Shown here piece by piece: positions 1-12,620 of a stretch of DNA of 64,000 nucleotides. The position numbers and the translations under genes were made by a program. How positions within the stretch are numbered: position 1 is the first letter of the stretch; each line of letters opens with the position of its first letter. A model generated the notes under the pieces. The model was not told where the DNA came from. It saw only the letters and a program-made list of their open reading frames with translations, and searched no databases. The DNA is from Lama guanicoe (lineage: Eukaryota), in NCBI GenBank assembly GCA_013239625.1, contig MU053482.1:3991922-4055921 (forward strand), given 5' to 3'.

Positions 1-87
1 TTCTTCCCTATCCATATGGAGTGTATATAACCTTCAGGGAAAACGATACCAATTTTCTCTCCAAGTGTGAAATAGAAACAGCTCACA

Positions 88-215
88 TTGGGGTTAGAAG
101 GTCCTGGTTCTGGTCCCAGCTTTGCCATGAGGTAGCTGGGTGATTTGGGGAATATCACCTAAACTCTCTGGACCGTGGTTTTCCCACCTAAAGAATGGAG
201 GAGTTAGATTGAATT
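88..215 (+). mobile_element. MIR SINE fragment
   Basis: Degenerate MIR core: cccagctttgcca...gctgggtgatttggggaa...cacctaaactctctg...ttttccc...aaagaatgg. Confidence 0.6.
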
Positions 216-1143
216 TAATGTAAGAAAAAAGTGCCCTGACCCCTACTAAACTGGACAGTGTATGGGGCACTAGAGATGTAAAACCAAAGAGGCCAAGGCC
301 CCTACCCTCAAGGAGACCCATCCTGGGACAGAGGAACACCAGGGGTAGTGGTGGTAGGAGTGCATCATCGACTGACTATGTTCGGGTCTGACATTCTAGC
401 ATTATGCCAAGCCTTGTCCTTGACTCCTACCAACAATATTGTGCTGAACGGTGAATAAATAAACGTGACTGTTTCTAGCCCTTGCTCTTTTGCCAGGTTC
501 CCAATCTGGCTAAAGGAAAATTCCGTTAGACAACAATCTAAGTTCCGAACTGTTGGCTTAGCGTGGCATCTGCCCCAACAAGGTCCTCTTACTGGTCAAA
601 GTCCACCGGCTTCCAAAGTTCAGATCCAGTGATATTAGAAGTGACCTTGAGTTTCTCTGGGTTGGTGAAGACAGAGACATTCTGAGCTCATCTTTGACAT
701 TCTCCCAGCTCACCTGTACCCTCTTCCAAGAGGCCTCTGGCTGGTGCTTCGCGTCAGCAGGCCTGGAGGCTCATGTCTCAGTAATTCAACAACTACAGCA
801 GCTGGTTTTTTTCCCTTAAGATTTACTACTTGTCATTTATCTGTGTCAAAACTGCAAAGGAGCAAGTTTCTAAAGACAGATTTATTATGTGTGCTGAGTG
901 TCTCAGGTGCAGTAGTGCACAGAGATGGCCTGAATTCCGTATTTTCCCCGAGTTTTTGTTCTATAAAAATAGCCACTTTTCTTTGCATTCAGACAAGTGA
1001 GAAATATACAGTCTTGAGCAGTGAGTCACCACAGGGCGTTCACAGAAAGTAGCATTATTGTGGGACTGGGTTCTAGCCAATGGTTTCAGGGTCACCTGCC
1101 AGGCTTACACATGCATTGGCTTATGCAAGGAGCAAGTTGTAAC

Positions 1144-1870
1144 CAGAACCGACTACATAATTTGTGAGGCTCAATGCAAAATGAAAATGCAGGGCCTCAA
1201 GGTTCAAAGGCAGGAAAAAAAAGTGCTATTATCAATAAAGATTTTCCTTTTCTTCTGTGGTCTTCTTCTCACTTGTCATGGTGTTTTTCATTTGCTATTT
1301 AATGTTGTTCTAAGGAAAACTAAAGTTTTCAGTTGTTAGCATGCATTTTACTGTTTATTTATTGTGCAGTGCAAATTTAAATGCAAATATAAGAGTATAT
1401 AACTCCTTGGTGGAATCACTCAAATTATACAATTCATATTTCACAGCTCCTCCCCAGTGGGTGCCTTTAGCTGGCCAGAAAAGACAAACCCATGCCGGGC
1501 TCAGGAAGGTAGAAGAAAGAGGGGATCCAGCAGGCAGGGAGCAGGCCGAGGTGGTGCTCCAGGCATGGAGTGTGAATCCTCACTGGTGTCCTGGGACCCC
1601 TTCCCATGATGCAAGGCGCATGTGTGCTCTTTCTGGCCTGAAAGCTTCCAGCTTTGCCCTCCTGCACGCCCACCCCAACCCCCGCCACCCTCAGGACAGG
1701 TCTCATGCAGCCGCTGGGGATGGGGGCTGGTGACATCAAGCCAGACATCACTCTTTCCCATGAGCCCACCACCCCAACGCACAGCAGGTGGGTCCCCCAC
1801 CGAGTTTTAAACGTCCACACTGGGACACGCTTGGTACCTGAATTGGGGGTAGGCGAGAAGCTCAGTCCCC
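1144..1870 (-). mobile_element. MER45-family (long form, B/C/R-like) hAT-Tip100 DNA transposon fossil
   Basis: Starts cagaaccgactacataatttgtgaggctcaatgcaaaatgaaaatgcagggcc, which matches the MER45 terminus. The right boundary is uncertain. Confidence 0.65.
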
Positions 1871-2589
1871 CAGAGTCTGGCCATCTGAGGTCTTAGTTCT
1901 TTCTGATGTAGAACAGGAAAGTTTGGTCAGTCTTCCCTGAGATTCAGGAAAGGAAAGAGGCTGCTTGCTACTCCCTGGGTACCCTCCCCCACATGCTGCT
2001 TTGATTTAAACATATATTCTTCAGGTGAGATGCTTCTGAATCTGCTCACTATCCGTCTGTGGTACCTGGTATCAGACACAACAACTTACTGTACTCTGAC
2101 CTCCGTGTCCTCCCAGATAGAGCCCACTGCATGCCATTGAGCATGGTCCCTGCTCCCCATCTCTTTGAAGAACTTCCCTGTAAGAGGCTATGGAGGAGGG
2201 CTTGGCTTGTCCTCAGCACCTCAGGGCTTGAGTCACCTCACCTCTCCCCTTGCCAGGTCCTTCTGACCAGGCAGCAGTAACCTCACACTTCAGGGTACTC
2301 ACTTCTGGTGGCTCAGGCCTGCTCACTCCTATAGCCCATGAACACAGAATCATGTTCACGAACTAAATGGCTCTTACTATACAAGCACGTAGCCGGTGAT
2401 GTTGTGGGATGTGACACTGGCATCTCCTAATTGCTGAGCAGTCAAGCTCTGAAGCCATGAGCTCTGAAGCCAGGCAGCTCCTCTAAGTTATTCAGTGTCT
2501 CTGGCCTCCAATCCTTAGCTCCTTGAGTCTCTCATCCCAGCTAAGGCAGCCTGTTTCTCTGCTGAGAGCAACATCAGGCCTCCGTGATC

Positions 2590-2817
2590 TCATAAACTTT
2601 CTCCTGGAGTATTCTTGTCTTTGCCTCAACCTTCAGGATTTAGCTCACAAGTTGCCTCCTTTGTGAACCCCTTCCTGACCCTCATTCCTGCCCACAGTTA
2701 GTTACTTGTTCTTTGCCGTTTGCTTTCACCGTGCTTTCCCAGGTCTTTATCATTCCACTTACTAGCCATGTGGTGATTGTTTCGGCATTTACCGTAGACA
2801 ATTACAGTGTTATTTGT

Positions 2818-2881
<64 letters not shown>

Positions 2882-2882
2882 A

Positions 2883-2954
<72 letters not shown>

Positions 2955-3010
2955 TTTTTGCATTTTGGTGCTAAATGTGTTTTTGTTGAATGAATAAATG
3001 AATGAATTAA
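2590..3010 (+). mobile_element. L2 LINE 3' fragment interrupted by a (CTTT)n microsatellite
   Basis: ttcaggatttagctcacaagttgcctcctttgtgaaccccttcctgacc, plus the terminal gttgaatgaataaatgaatgaa typical of the L2 3' end. Confidence 0.6.
2817..2955. repeat. (CTTT)n tetranucleotide microsatellite, about 34 units, one interruption near 2882
   Basis: Directly visible; it explains the FFLS-repeat ORF 2713-2997. Confidence 0.97.
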
Positions 3011-3024
3011 TTCAACAACATGAC

Positions 3025-3280
3025 AATAATAGCAACTAAAACTAATTTATTGAGCATTCACTATGTTTGAAGCACAGCTTGTTTTACTTTAATTCTTTCA
3101 ACAACCCTGTGTTATGGTTACTAGCCAGTCTTAAAGATGAGGACACAGAGGCTCAGAGAAAGTATGTATTTTATTCAAGGTCATACAACTGGTAAGTAGT
3201 GGGTCTGGGATTTAAACCTAGGGTTTTTGTGTTTGTTTGTTTGTTTGTTTTTGTTTTTGTTTTTGCACTCCAAAGCCTTC
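3025..3280 (-). mobile_element. MIR SINE carrying a (TTTG)n tract
   Basis: ttattgagcattcactatg...caacaaccctgtg...gatgaggacacagaggctcagagaa...caaggtcatacaactggtaagt...gggatttaaacctagg. Confidence 0.8.
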
Positions 3281-3464
3281 GTTTTAAACAGGTAGGATGA
3301 AGGTTTCTCCCACAAATTATAAACACTCCTGAATATGATTAGATCTTGCACCTAAGAAGTGGCTGTTGGAAGAAAAGCAACTGCTTGGAATACCTTTTGT
3401 GTAGAATGGCTACTAATATACCTTTTTGCCCATAATAGGCCATGGTCTAGTATGAAATAATGCA

Positions 3465-3600
3465 ATGTGGTAGTTAAGAACTCAGACTTTGGAATCTTTC
3501 AGACATGAGTTCAAATCCTAGCTCTAATACTAGAATTTTATGCAAATTATATTAATTTCCCCAAATCACAGTTCACTGATACATAAAAAGGGAAATATTA
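3465..3600 (+). mobile_element. MIR 5' half; the 3' half appears to resume near 5860-5950, after the L1
   Basis: gtggtagttaagaactcagactttggaatc...gagttcaaatcctagctct; downstream part cttagcacaggttctggcacataa...agctatt. Confidence 0.65.
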
Positions 3601-5845
3601 AAAGAAAAAGTTACATTGGAGAAATTAAGCTGTCATTATTCACGATAGTGCACTTAGAAAATCCTGAAGAATCTACATATGAACAGTGGTAGGGTGAAAA
3701 ATCTGCTGCTGTCTGTACCCTCAAAGATACCAGATTCTAATCCATGGAACCTGGAAATGTTACCTTATTTGGAAAAAAAGTCTTTGCAGATGTGATTAAG
3801 TTGAGGATCTTGTAATGGGGAGATTATCCTGGATTGTCTGAGCAGGTCTTAATGCCATCATAAGAGTCCTTATAAGAGGGAGGCAGAGGGAGATTCTATA
3901 CCTGCAGGCAGAAGTCAGTGTAAAGGTGGAGGCAGAGATGGGAGTAATGGGCACAAGGAATGCTGGAGCCACCAGAAGTTGGAAGAGGCGAGGGACAGAT
4001 TCTCCCCCAGAGCTTCTGGAGGGAGCAGCCCTGTTGACACCTTCCTGTTAGCCAATGAAATTGATTTTGGCTCTCTGGCTTCCAGAACCATGAGAGAATA
4101 CATTTCTGTTACTTCAAGCCACCAAGTTTGTGGTAATCTGTTACAGCAGTCTTAGAAAACTAAGACACAAACTACTAGAATTAATAAGTATGATCAGCAA
4201 AGTTGCTGGGTACAAGGTCACTGTACAAAAATCAACTGTATTTCTATCAGCAACTAATAAATAAAAAGTTAGAATAAATATTCCATTTGTAATATCACCA
4301 ATAAACATCAAATTCCTATGGTTAGATCTAATGAAAGAGATACAGCCCCAAAATATTATTAAGACTTAAATAAATGAAGGGGTATACCATGGTCATGGAT
4401 TGGAAAACTCAATATTGCAAGATGTCAATTCTCCCCATATTAATCTTTAGATTGTATAATACCAATAAAATTCTGTAAGTTTTTAAAATTGATAATCTGA
4501 TTCCAAAATTTACATGGATTTATTTATTATTTATTATTAAGGGAGTACATGGAAAGAGGATAGTTTGTTTAGTAAATATTTCTCAGTGGATTATATTGAA
4601 AAGATAGTATTTTTATTATCCTATTACTTTTACTCCTCCTATTTTACACTAAGTACAAAATCAAATGCGTATAGAGAGCAACTCTAAATGTGAAAGATAA
4701 AACAATAAAGTTGTAGAAGAATGCATAGAATAAGCTCTTCATGACCCTTGAATAAGCAAAGTTTTTTTTAAAAAGGATACAAAAACTGCTAATGAGAAAA
4801 AGAAAAAATACATTGATAAATTAGACTTTGGTTTTCTAAAAGACATCATTAAGAGAGTAAAAAGGTAATGTACAGAGTAAAAAAAAATGGCAATACATAT
4901 ATCTAATTAAGGACTTGTTTCCAGAATATATAAAGAACTCCTCCAAATCAATTAGAGGACAATCCAGTAGAAAAATTGGCAGAAGCCTTCACCAAGAAAA
5001 CATCCAAATGGCAACAAACAGAAGAACAAAAATAACCCTGAACCAACCATATGAAAAGGTACTAAACTTCATTAATCATCAAGGAAATGTAAATTAAAGC
5101 CACAATGTATCACTGCACAGCCACCAAAATGGCTAAAAAGAAGATAGAAAGTTCTAGATCAAGGCTGGTAAGGATGTGGAACAAAGTTGAATTCTCCTAC
5201 ACTGCTGGTAGAAGTGTAAATTGGCATGATTATTTTGGTAAACTGTTTGTCAGTGTCTCATAAAGCTGCACATATGCATACCACATACCCCAGCTACTTC
5301 ACTTCTAGTTACACACCAAACAGAAATGCATTCATGCGTTCACCAAGCAGTATGCACTGCGGTGATGGTAGCAGCACTGGGGATGTTACCCAAACGTCCA
5401 TCTGAAAAGACGAGACAGTCATACAATGGAATACTGCATAGAAGAGAGAATAAACGGCCTACATCCATGTGATAATACGTATGGAACTCTGAAGGCGTCA
5501 TACTGAATGAAAAAAACCAGACCCAAATGAATATCTGTTTATTATTCCATTTGTACATAAACAGACAGACAAAACTATATCAGACAACACTAATTTATAC
5601 CAGAGAAAACTACTCCAGACAAAACTAATCTATACCCTTAGACATTGGAACAGTGGTCGCCTGCAGGTAGGTGCAGTAACTGGAAGGAAGCCCAGAGAGG
5701 GATGTTGGGGTACTGGTCATGTTCTGTTTCTTGATCTCAGTGCTGGTTCCGGTGTAAGTTTAGTTTGTGAAAATTCACTGAGCTCAACATTTATACTGTG
5801 TGCCCTAGGAGAGTATATTATGCATCAGTATAAAGTTCATAAAAT
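3601..5845 (+). mobile_element. Ancient L1 (L1MC/MD/ME-type): decayed ORF2 3' part and 3' UTR, interrupted by an MLT1 LTR
   Basis: gtcattattcacgatag...agaaaatcctgaagaatctac; catggattggaaaactcaatattg; ctggtaaggatgtggaacaa; 3' UTR tgggggtactggtcatgttctgtttcttgatct...tttgtgaaaattcactgagct. Confidence 0.88.
3687..4167 (+). mobile_element. MLT1C/D MaLR solo LTR inserted into the L1
   Basis: TG...CA ends; gttaccttatttggaaaaaaagtctttgcagatgtgattaag; gccaccagaagttggaagaggc; aagccaccaagtttgtggtaatctgttacagcag...aactaagaca. Confidence 0.9.
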
Positions 5846-6566
5846 CTCACTGTATACGCTATAGCATTATGACTGGGATTAAGGAAAGTGACTTAGCACA
5901 GGTTCTGGCACATAATAACTATTAAAAAAAAAGACAGCTATTTTTATTACTGCTACATATAGAAATTATTTCCTAACGGACATCTGCCATAGCTAATACT
6001 ACCAGCTTCATTTTGCCTTGTTTGACGTTAGCCTGACAAATGACGTGGCCCTGTCCAGACCTGACTGCTGCAGTGACTTTGAAATTTGTCAAAATTTGTG
6101 CAGCAATGCTGAGCATCATCAGATGTGTGAGTGAAACCCCAGTGAACAGTAATGTCTGTTAACATGGAATTATTGCTTTCCACTTTCAGCCTTTTTCTAA
6201 AGCAGTTCTGGCAAGTGAGGCCAAGAGCCATGAAAGTGCAATGACAAGGGTTTTCCAGAATCGTGTCTGACATGGATTTTACGTACAGGTGCACTACCTT
6301 AGCAATAGAAATGGCTTCACTTGGGACTTTTGCAGGGGACGGTGTGTTCGAGGAGATGCTGAAATGTGCATTGTTTCCTGCCTCCTCAGCACATACTGGT
6401 CCTGCTTGCCCTCTGTACGAAGCTTTTTGTTTTCTCCTTTTGTTATAAAGATCCTAAGGCTAAATTCTCAGATCCAGATAAAATTCATGTTGAGCATCTC
6501 CATCAATTTGTTTGTTGACACCCTTCCTTATTCAAGAAAGGCTTCAAGTGGCTGACACAAATACTG

Positions 6567-7115
6567 CTGTTGGAGTTATCTTTAGGGGTATCTGCTTCAC
6601 CCATGATCTCCTCTGAGCTCCCTCTCTCAGTTCTAGTGGCAGGTCTGGAAGCCATGTCTGCACTTCACTGGGCCTCCCCCGTGGCCCTGGGTGAATAGAC
6701 CTGCTGGAGGTGATGGACCCAAGCTGGGCCAATTGCAATCTTTCTCCTGAGAATTTGAACTTTGTTCTTGGAGATGGCAGCCACTGTCCACTGACTGGCT
6801 GAAGGAGACCGTGTCAACTTACCTGTTTTCACAGGAAGAAAAGAAAGCTAGTCTACAGAGGCAGAATGGAACAGATGCATAGAAGAGAGTAGAAATGCAG
6901 CATTTGGAGAAGAGAGAGGAGAGAGACTGGGAGAGGGGAGGCCTTGGTTTCTGGTATTTCCCTCAATCCTGGTTCTTGTCTCTCCTATGGCCCAGCTGCA
7001 CTTCCTCCCGTGTCGGTGAGATAACTCTGTACTCTAGCAGTACCTCCCTCCTATTCTTTGTAGCTTAAGCTAGCTCAGGTAGGTTCTCTACAGTTTCCAA
7101 CTGAAATAAGACACA
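6567..7115 (+). mobile_element. Old MLT1 (J/K/L-type) MaLR LTR
   Basis: gacccaagctgggccaattgcaatctttctcctgagaatttgaa; 3' end gcttaagctagctcaggtaggttctct...caactgaaa. Confidence 0.6.
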
Positions 7116-7288
7116 TTGCAACAAGAGAAAGTCACATTTAAAATGTGCCAATGAATGGAAAATGTGTCAAATGACATACTTAAAATGTGTCATCATAATG
7201 AAGGCTCATGTAACGGCAGGAGAGAGTCACATGACCCTGTACATTTGCTGCTAGCAACCAGCCAACGCCAAGGAGGAGTCATCAAAAT

Positions 7289-7453
7289 CAGTGGTTCTCA
7301 ACCCTGACTGCGCATAAGGGACACTGGGGTGCTTCTGCAGTGTACTCCCAAGCCCCACCCCAGAGAACATGCTTTCATTGCTCTGGGCTGGCGTCTTGAT
7401 GTTGGAAAAGCTCCCTTGTGATTCTAATGTGTGGCCAGGGTTGAGACCTACTG
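7289..7453. mobile_element. MER5-family hAT-Charlie MITE
   Basis: TIRs cagtggttctcaacc ... ggttgagacctactg; internal aagctcccttgtgattctaatgtg. Confidence 0.85.
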
Positions 7454-8125
7454 AGTTACATGATTCACAACATATAGAAATAAAAATAAATAATAAGCAA
7501 AACAAAAACAGTTCCTCAAGAGAAGTGTAGGATTGGTACTGAGGCCACAGAGAGAAATTCCTTCCACAGGTCCTCACTTGCAGGGCATGTGTGCTCAACA
7601 ATATCCTTATAGCAAATACAGAAGTGGCCCCGAATGTGAGCTGATGGATAATCCCAAAGCACCATCTGGAAAAACGCTCCCATAGGGCAGGGCAAAGTAT
7701 CTGTGCTGCTTGGCTTCATCTTGGAATGGGTTTTAGAATACTTAAAACAGGCTTACACTAGGACTCCCAAAATTTAAAGCAACTTTTTAAACTAACTCTA
7801 ACCCCCCAAGGAGAGGGGCTATAATTTTCATCAGCTCAGCGGTGGCTCTGAGCCTCCCAAAGTCTCAGAACCACTGGAAGAGAAGAATTCATGGGCTTAC
7901 TATCTTTTCAGTGATTCTCTATCATTAAGGGTCTTCCAGCTGCCCAACTGGGATTCCAGGTAGACTCCTTCATGGGCACCTGGCAGGTGGCACAGATTGC
8001 CATGTTGCTGACTTGCGTTTGGTGCAAATCCGCCTTACTAGTTGGCTGGCAGGATCAGGATCCATGTCCCCTTGGAAAAGCTGAGGAGCCTGGCAAGGAC
8101 ACGTGCATGAATAGAAAGCAGAGAG

Positions 8126-8412
8126 ATAACAAAACAAACCATGGTTACCAAAGGGGAAAGGGTGGGGAGGGATAAATTAGGGGTTGGGGATTAACAGACA
8201 CACATGACTATATATAAAATAGGTAAATAACAAGGACCTACTGTACAGCACAGGGAACTATATTCAATTTCTTATAGTAACATATGATGGAAAAGAATCT
8301 GAAAAGAAAAAAATATACATGTATGTATAACTGAATCAGGGTGCTGTACACTTGAAACTAACATTGTAAATCAACTACTTCAACCAAAAATTGAAAGAAA
8401 GAAAAAAAAAAA
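8126..8412 (+). mobile_element. Short 5'-truncated L1 (3' UTR plus polyA) of laurasiatherian/artiodactyl type
   Basis: Perfect 13-bp TSD agaaagcagagag at 8113-8125 and 8413-8425; aacaaggacctactgtacagcacagggaactatattcaat; A tail. Confidence 0.93.
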
Positions 8413-9087
8413 AGAAAGCAGAGAGGAATGCTGAAGGTAGGGGGCAAGATCCTCCTCAGAAAGCACTTGGGATACACTCCAGTGCACAGACAAAAGGGCA
8501 GTGAAGCCCCCAGAATTCTCCATCTGAGCACAAACAGCAATAATTTCTGCTTGGAAAAAAAAATGTAAAACAGGTGGACCAAATACCCATCTTGTTCATA
8601 AAACACGTCTGTAAACACCCATGGAACGTTTAACCTTGAGAAATACAGTTTCCCTGGCGCCGTCTCTAAACTAAATTGTTTGCAAAATAAATGGCTATGT
8701 GACTGAATTAGTTAACTTGTTCCTTAGGGTTATTGACCATAAGTCAGTTTAATGTTGGAGGCTGTCTACCCAAAATGATGACTTTGTTTTTAGAAGCGTT
8801 GAATCTGTAGTCCTTCTTTACAACATTAATTAGATAGTAGGTAGGTCATCTCTTAAGGTCAGTCTTGGCTCATGGCACTGGACTATGATGTCTATGAATA
8901 CAGGAATGCCCTTTTCAAGTTTTTATAGCAAGGGGTGATATCCTGATACCCTGTTCACTGAAGAGGAGTAACAAGACTTTGAGGTGTTGATTAAACAGAA
9001 GGCAGGGCAGAATAAATACCTGTTTTTTTCTCTGGGAAATGCCATCTGATTCATCAAAAGAATATTCTTCTTGCGTAGTTCCTAAAT

Positions 9088-9423
9088 CAGCCTTTGGCGA
9101 ACCACAGCCCACAGGCCAGATCTGGTCTGCAGCCTGTTTTTGTGTGGCCTACAAGCTAAGAATGTTCTCTGGCATTTTTAACTGGTTGAAAAAAATCAGA
9201 AGAATAATATTTTGTAATGCATAAAAATGTCCTGAAATTCAGAGTTCAGTGTCCTTAAAGAAGATTTTACTGAAACACAGTCATGTTTATTTGTTTCCAC
9301 ATTATCTGTGGCCACTTTCATGCTACAGTGTTAGAGGTAAGCAGTTGCAACCCAGTCTGTAGGCCCATACAGCCTGAAATGTTTACAGTCTGGCTTTCTG
9401 CAGAAAAAGCATGTGTACCCCTG
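9088..9423 (+). mobile_element. MER58B hAT-Charlie DNA transposon fossil
   Basis: gcccacaggccagatctggtctgcagcctgtttttgt...ttttactgaaacacag...ctggctttctgcagaaaaagcatgtgtacccctg. Confidence 0.85.
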
Positions 9424-10697
9424 TTCCACACGAACATAAGCAGCATCTGCATTGAGGCCACATAACCCTTGTCCACAGAGGCCAGAGAAGTGTCAGATAC
9501 CACTGACCGTCTTATGTAATTCTTAACAGATTGTTTCTCCCATAAGAACTAGTACTATTGTTGGTAGTGGACTAACCACGCCTAAAACATACCTGCAGGA
9601 CAGAACACTGGACTGAGAAATGCAAGTTTAACTTTTGATCAGAAAACAAGAAGGCATCCGACATCCATTTAGATGAAATATCTAATAATTGTGGGTGTAA
9701 AGGGAATGCTCTTAAAAATGGGAGACACCACTTTTGGAGCCATTTATTTAATTATCCCAGGAAGTATTTATTGATAAATTACTATGTGTCAAGCATCATG
9801 CCTAGAGTATTTATGACAGACTCAGATCCAAAAGCAGACCACTGAGACCATCCTTGAGCAGTTCTGGGCACAGGAAATTTTGTTCAGGTGTTTAATTTAG
9901 CTTGAGGGCTTTGTTTTAATCAACTGTATAAAATGAGAGATCATTACCAGGCCTCAGTCAGAAAGTGGCCTGGGATCCACAAGGCTTGAATAATTGAACT
10001 TCCTTTGTATAGCTGTGGAAATTAAGCTTCCTGACTCTTAGTCACCAAACGCATACCTCCTGTAATTATTTTCTAGACTGTTCCCTTTGCTGGTTGTCAT
10101 GGCATGGATCAGTTATACCTGCGGGAGCTTAGCTTAGGACCAGGAGTCGCCAGTGAGTTTTCTCTCTTCCTTGGGGTTATTGTTTAACCACAAACTAGGT
10201 GAGTAAGCACCTTATTTCCTAGGCGACAACATGGATAGAGGTGTTGCTAAGTCATCAGCATTCTGCTTGGTAGGAAGTCAGAGAAAAAACATCTCCCCGA
10301 GGCGGTGGAAGCAAAGTTTAATAACCCCCTGGATAGAAGCTGGCCCTACCTGGCAGAGTCCGTGTCTCATTGAGTTGGAGATGAAAGATTTAGAAACAGG
10401 AGGTCTCTCCTACAGTTTTGGAGGGTATGAGATGGTAGGCAGCAGCGTGATTCCTTCAGTCGGTTGTGTCAGGTTGTACAAAGAGAATTAGCACTCCGGG
10501 GAGAGCTAGCCAGTGAGTCCTCTGGGTTTCAGGGGTGGGGTGGAGTGGGTGCCCTGGATAGGAAGGGGTGGCCTCCGGAGGAGCAGGGTGTGGCTTTCAG
10601 GACAAACGCAGGGAAGAAGAGCCCCAGCCTCTTCTTTTTATACATAAGCTTTTCTTTTGCTACCACAGCTGTAGCAGTGTGTTCCGCCTGGCCATTG

Positions 10698-11172
10698 TAA
10701 AAGAAACAAAAATTATGACATACACATAAGAAAAGGGAAAATGAATAAAATTATTTCCATCATGAGAGTACAGAAGGTTAGAAGGAGATTAAAACAACAA
10801 TAAAAAAGCAATACACATTTTTAAAAGAATATAAATCATAATAAAGTCAAAGCTTAGAAACTTAAAATAACAATGGAATTGAATGGATGAGATTTAAAAG
10901 AAAATGGAAAAGGTTATAAACCAACAAAATAAAAGGTTAAAACTATAAAAGTAAATGAGATGAAAGATTAAGATGAAAGGCAAAAATAAGGTAAAAACTA
11001 AAAAAAAAGTACAGGTAGATGAGATTTAAGGCTTAGAAACTAAAATTATAAATTAAAACTGCAAAAGTAAAATATGTAACATCCTGGAAATAATAATATT
11101 AAAGAAATACCTTTAAATAAAAATAATTTTTTAATGTTTATAATGAGAGAGAGAGAACCTTAAAAAAAAAAA
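10698..11172. repeat. A-rich low-complexity tract with short internal direct repeats
   Basis: Very C-poor, A-rich plus strand; gcttagaaac at 10852 and 11031; gatgagatttaa at 10886 and 11018. Confidence 0.8.
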
Positions 11173-12199
11173 TATTGGTGAGGCAGGAACCAGCTGGAAG
11201 ACATAGGAAAAAGTTTTGGGATGTTCCAGCTGGGGTATCATGATGGTAGGATGTGTGATTACGGTGGGCGGTTTTCCTACCGATTCATAGATGTCTTCAT
11301 CATTTCCAAAAAGGTTTCTCTAAAATCTCAAATGTGCCATTTTATCAGGAAAAAAAAAAGAATCGTTTTTTTTTTTCATTTATAGCAAAACTCCAGAGAC
11401 ATCTCCTTGTCAGATGAGGCTATTATTCTCCCATAAATAGAGTTCATTATTTTGTCAAAGTGAATTAAAATAGAATGTCACTTACTGAATGTCACATTTC
11501 TAGATTTGACATTGTATATAAAAGGTCCTTTTTAAAGAAGGGGAGAAAATCTGAAAGCCTTGGTTGGAAACCCACTTGAAGAAAAAAATACAGGCATTAA
11601 AAAAATCCCATTTGGGTTTCATAAAATTCCTTCCAAATGTGACAGTCTGGTAGAAATCAAATAGTTTTCAGTTCCTAAAATACAATTTTGATTAAAAATT
11701 TATAAAGCTATTTGGAGGAAAGATACTACATAAACTGAGAATAAATCTTATGGGCCGCTGAGAGAGAAGCTGGGAAATTTGCACATTGAAGCGGTAAACA
11801 GTATTCACTCCCTGCAAACCAAGACCCTTTTGAGTGTTTGGAGTGAATCTCTCTCCATGTTCTGGTGGTTTATGCCTGTGGTGGCTGAGAATGACCAGAG
11901 ACATCCGAGGGTGACAGAGCCACCAGGACTGGGCTCTAACCCGGGAGGTGCACTCTAGGACTCAGAGGTCTATAGCCTTCCCACCTTAGAGCATTTCGTG
12001 AATAATTGAAAACCATCACCTCCATCTTCTGGTGGCAGGTAGACGAGGGCAGCTAAAGGGAAGAATGGTTTGTCTTCTCTTCTGTCCACGTAAGCCTTCC
12101 CAGGGCACAGGAATCCTGACTCTGAGATGAGTGTGAATTAGGAGTTATGGGAGCCGTGGGCTTATTTCCACACGGTTGTACTTAGCGCTCTCTCCTGTC

Positions 12200-12620
12200 C
12201 TTACCCCCCACCTTCTTTGCTTGATGAACTCTTCCTTTCTCCTGTCAAGTTTCCACCTGGCTCCCAAGCAGGAATCATCAATTTCAAACTCCCAAAATAC
12301 CTTGCATGTATCTCTACTGTGGAACCCAAAATATTGTAATGCAGTTATGTATACAATTGGCTATCGAATCGTTTGGACAGTGAATTTCTTAAGAGGAAGG
12401 ATTTCATTTTATTGAATTCTATATTCCTAACATGTGTTATGGTAATTAGCACATAGTAGGTGTTCGCGAAAGGTCTGTTGAATAAATGATTTGTTAAATG
12501 GATTGATGAATGAATTAATAAATGAATGAATGAGTGAGTGAATAAATCAGAATACAAGTGAAAAAATAAATTACAGAATGGAAAAATAAATATGAATGAA
12601 TGGGCTGATGAATAAATCAA
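12200..12620 (+). mobile_element. L2 3' end with a (TGAA)n-like tail
   Basis: agcacatagtaggtgttc...ctgttgaataaatga...gaatgaatgagtgagtgaataaa. Confidence 0.7.

Noticed and set aside
497..632. Exon-like segment after cttttgccAG (FPIWLKENSVRQQSKFRTVG...)
   Set aside because: No credible donor before the in-frame TGA at 630-632, and it cannot be linked to the other segments.
2713..2997. Hydrophobic membrane-protein-like ORF
   Set aside because: It is the translation of the (CTTT)n microsatellite.
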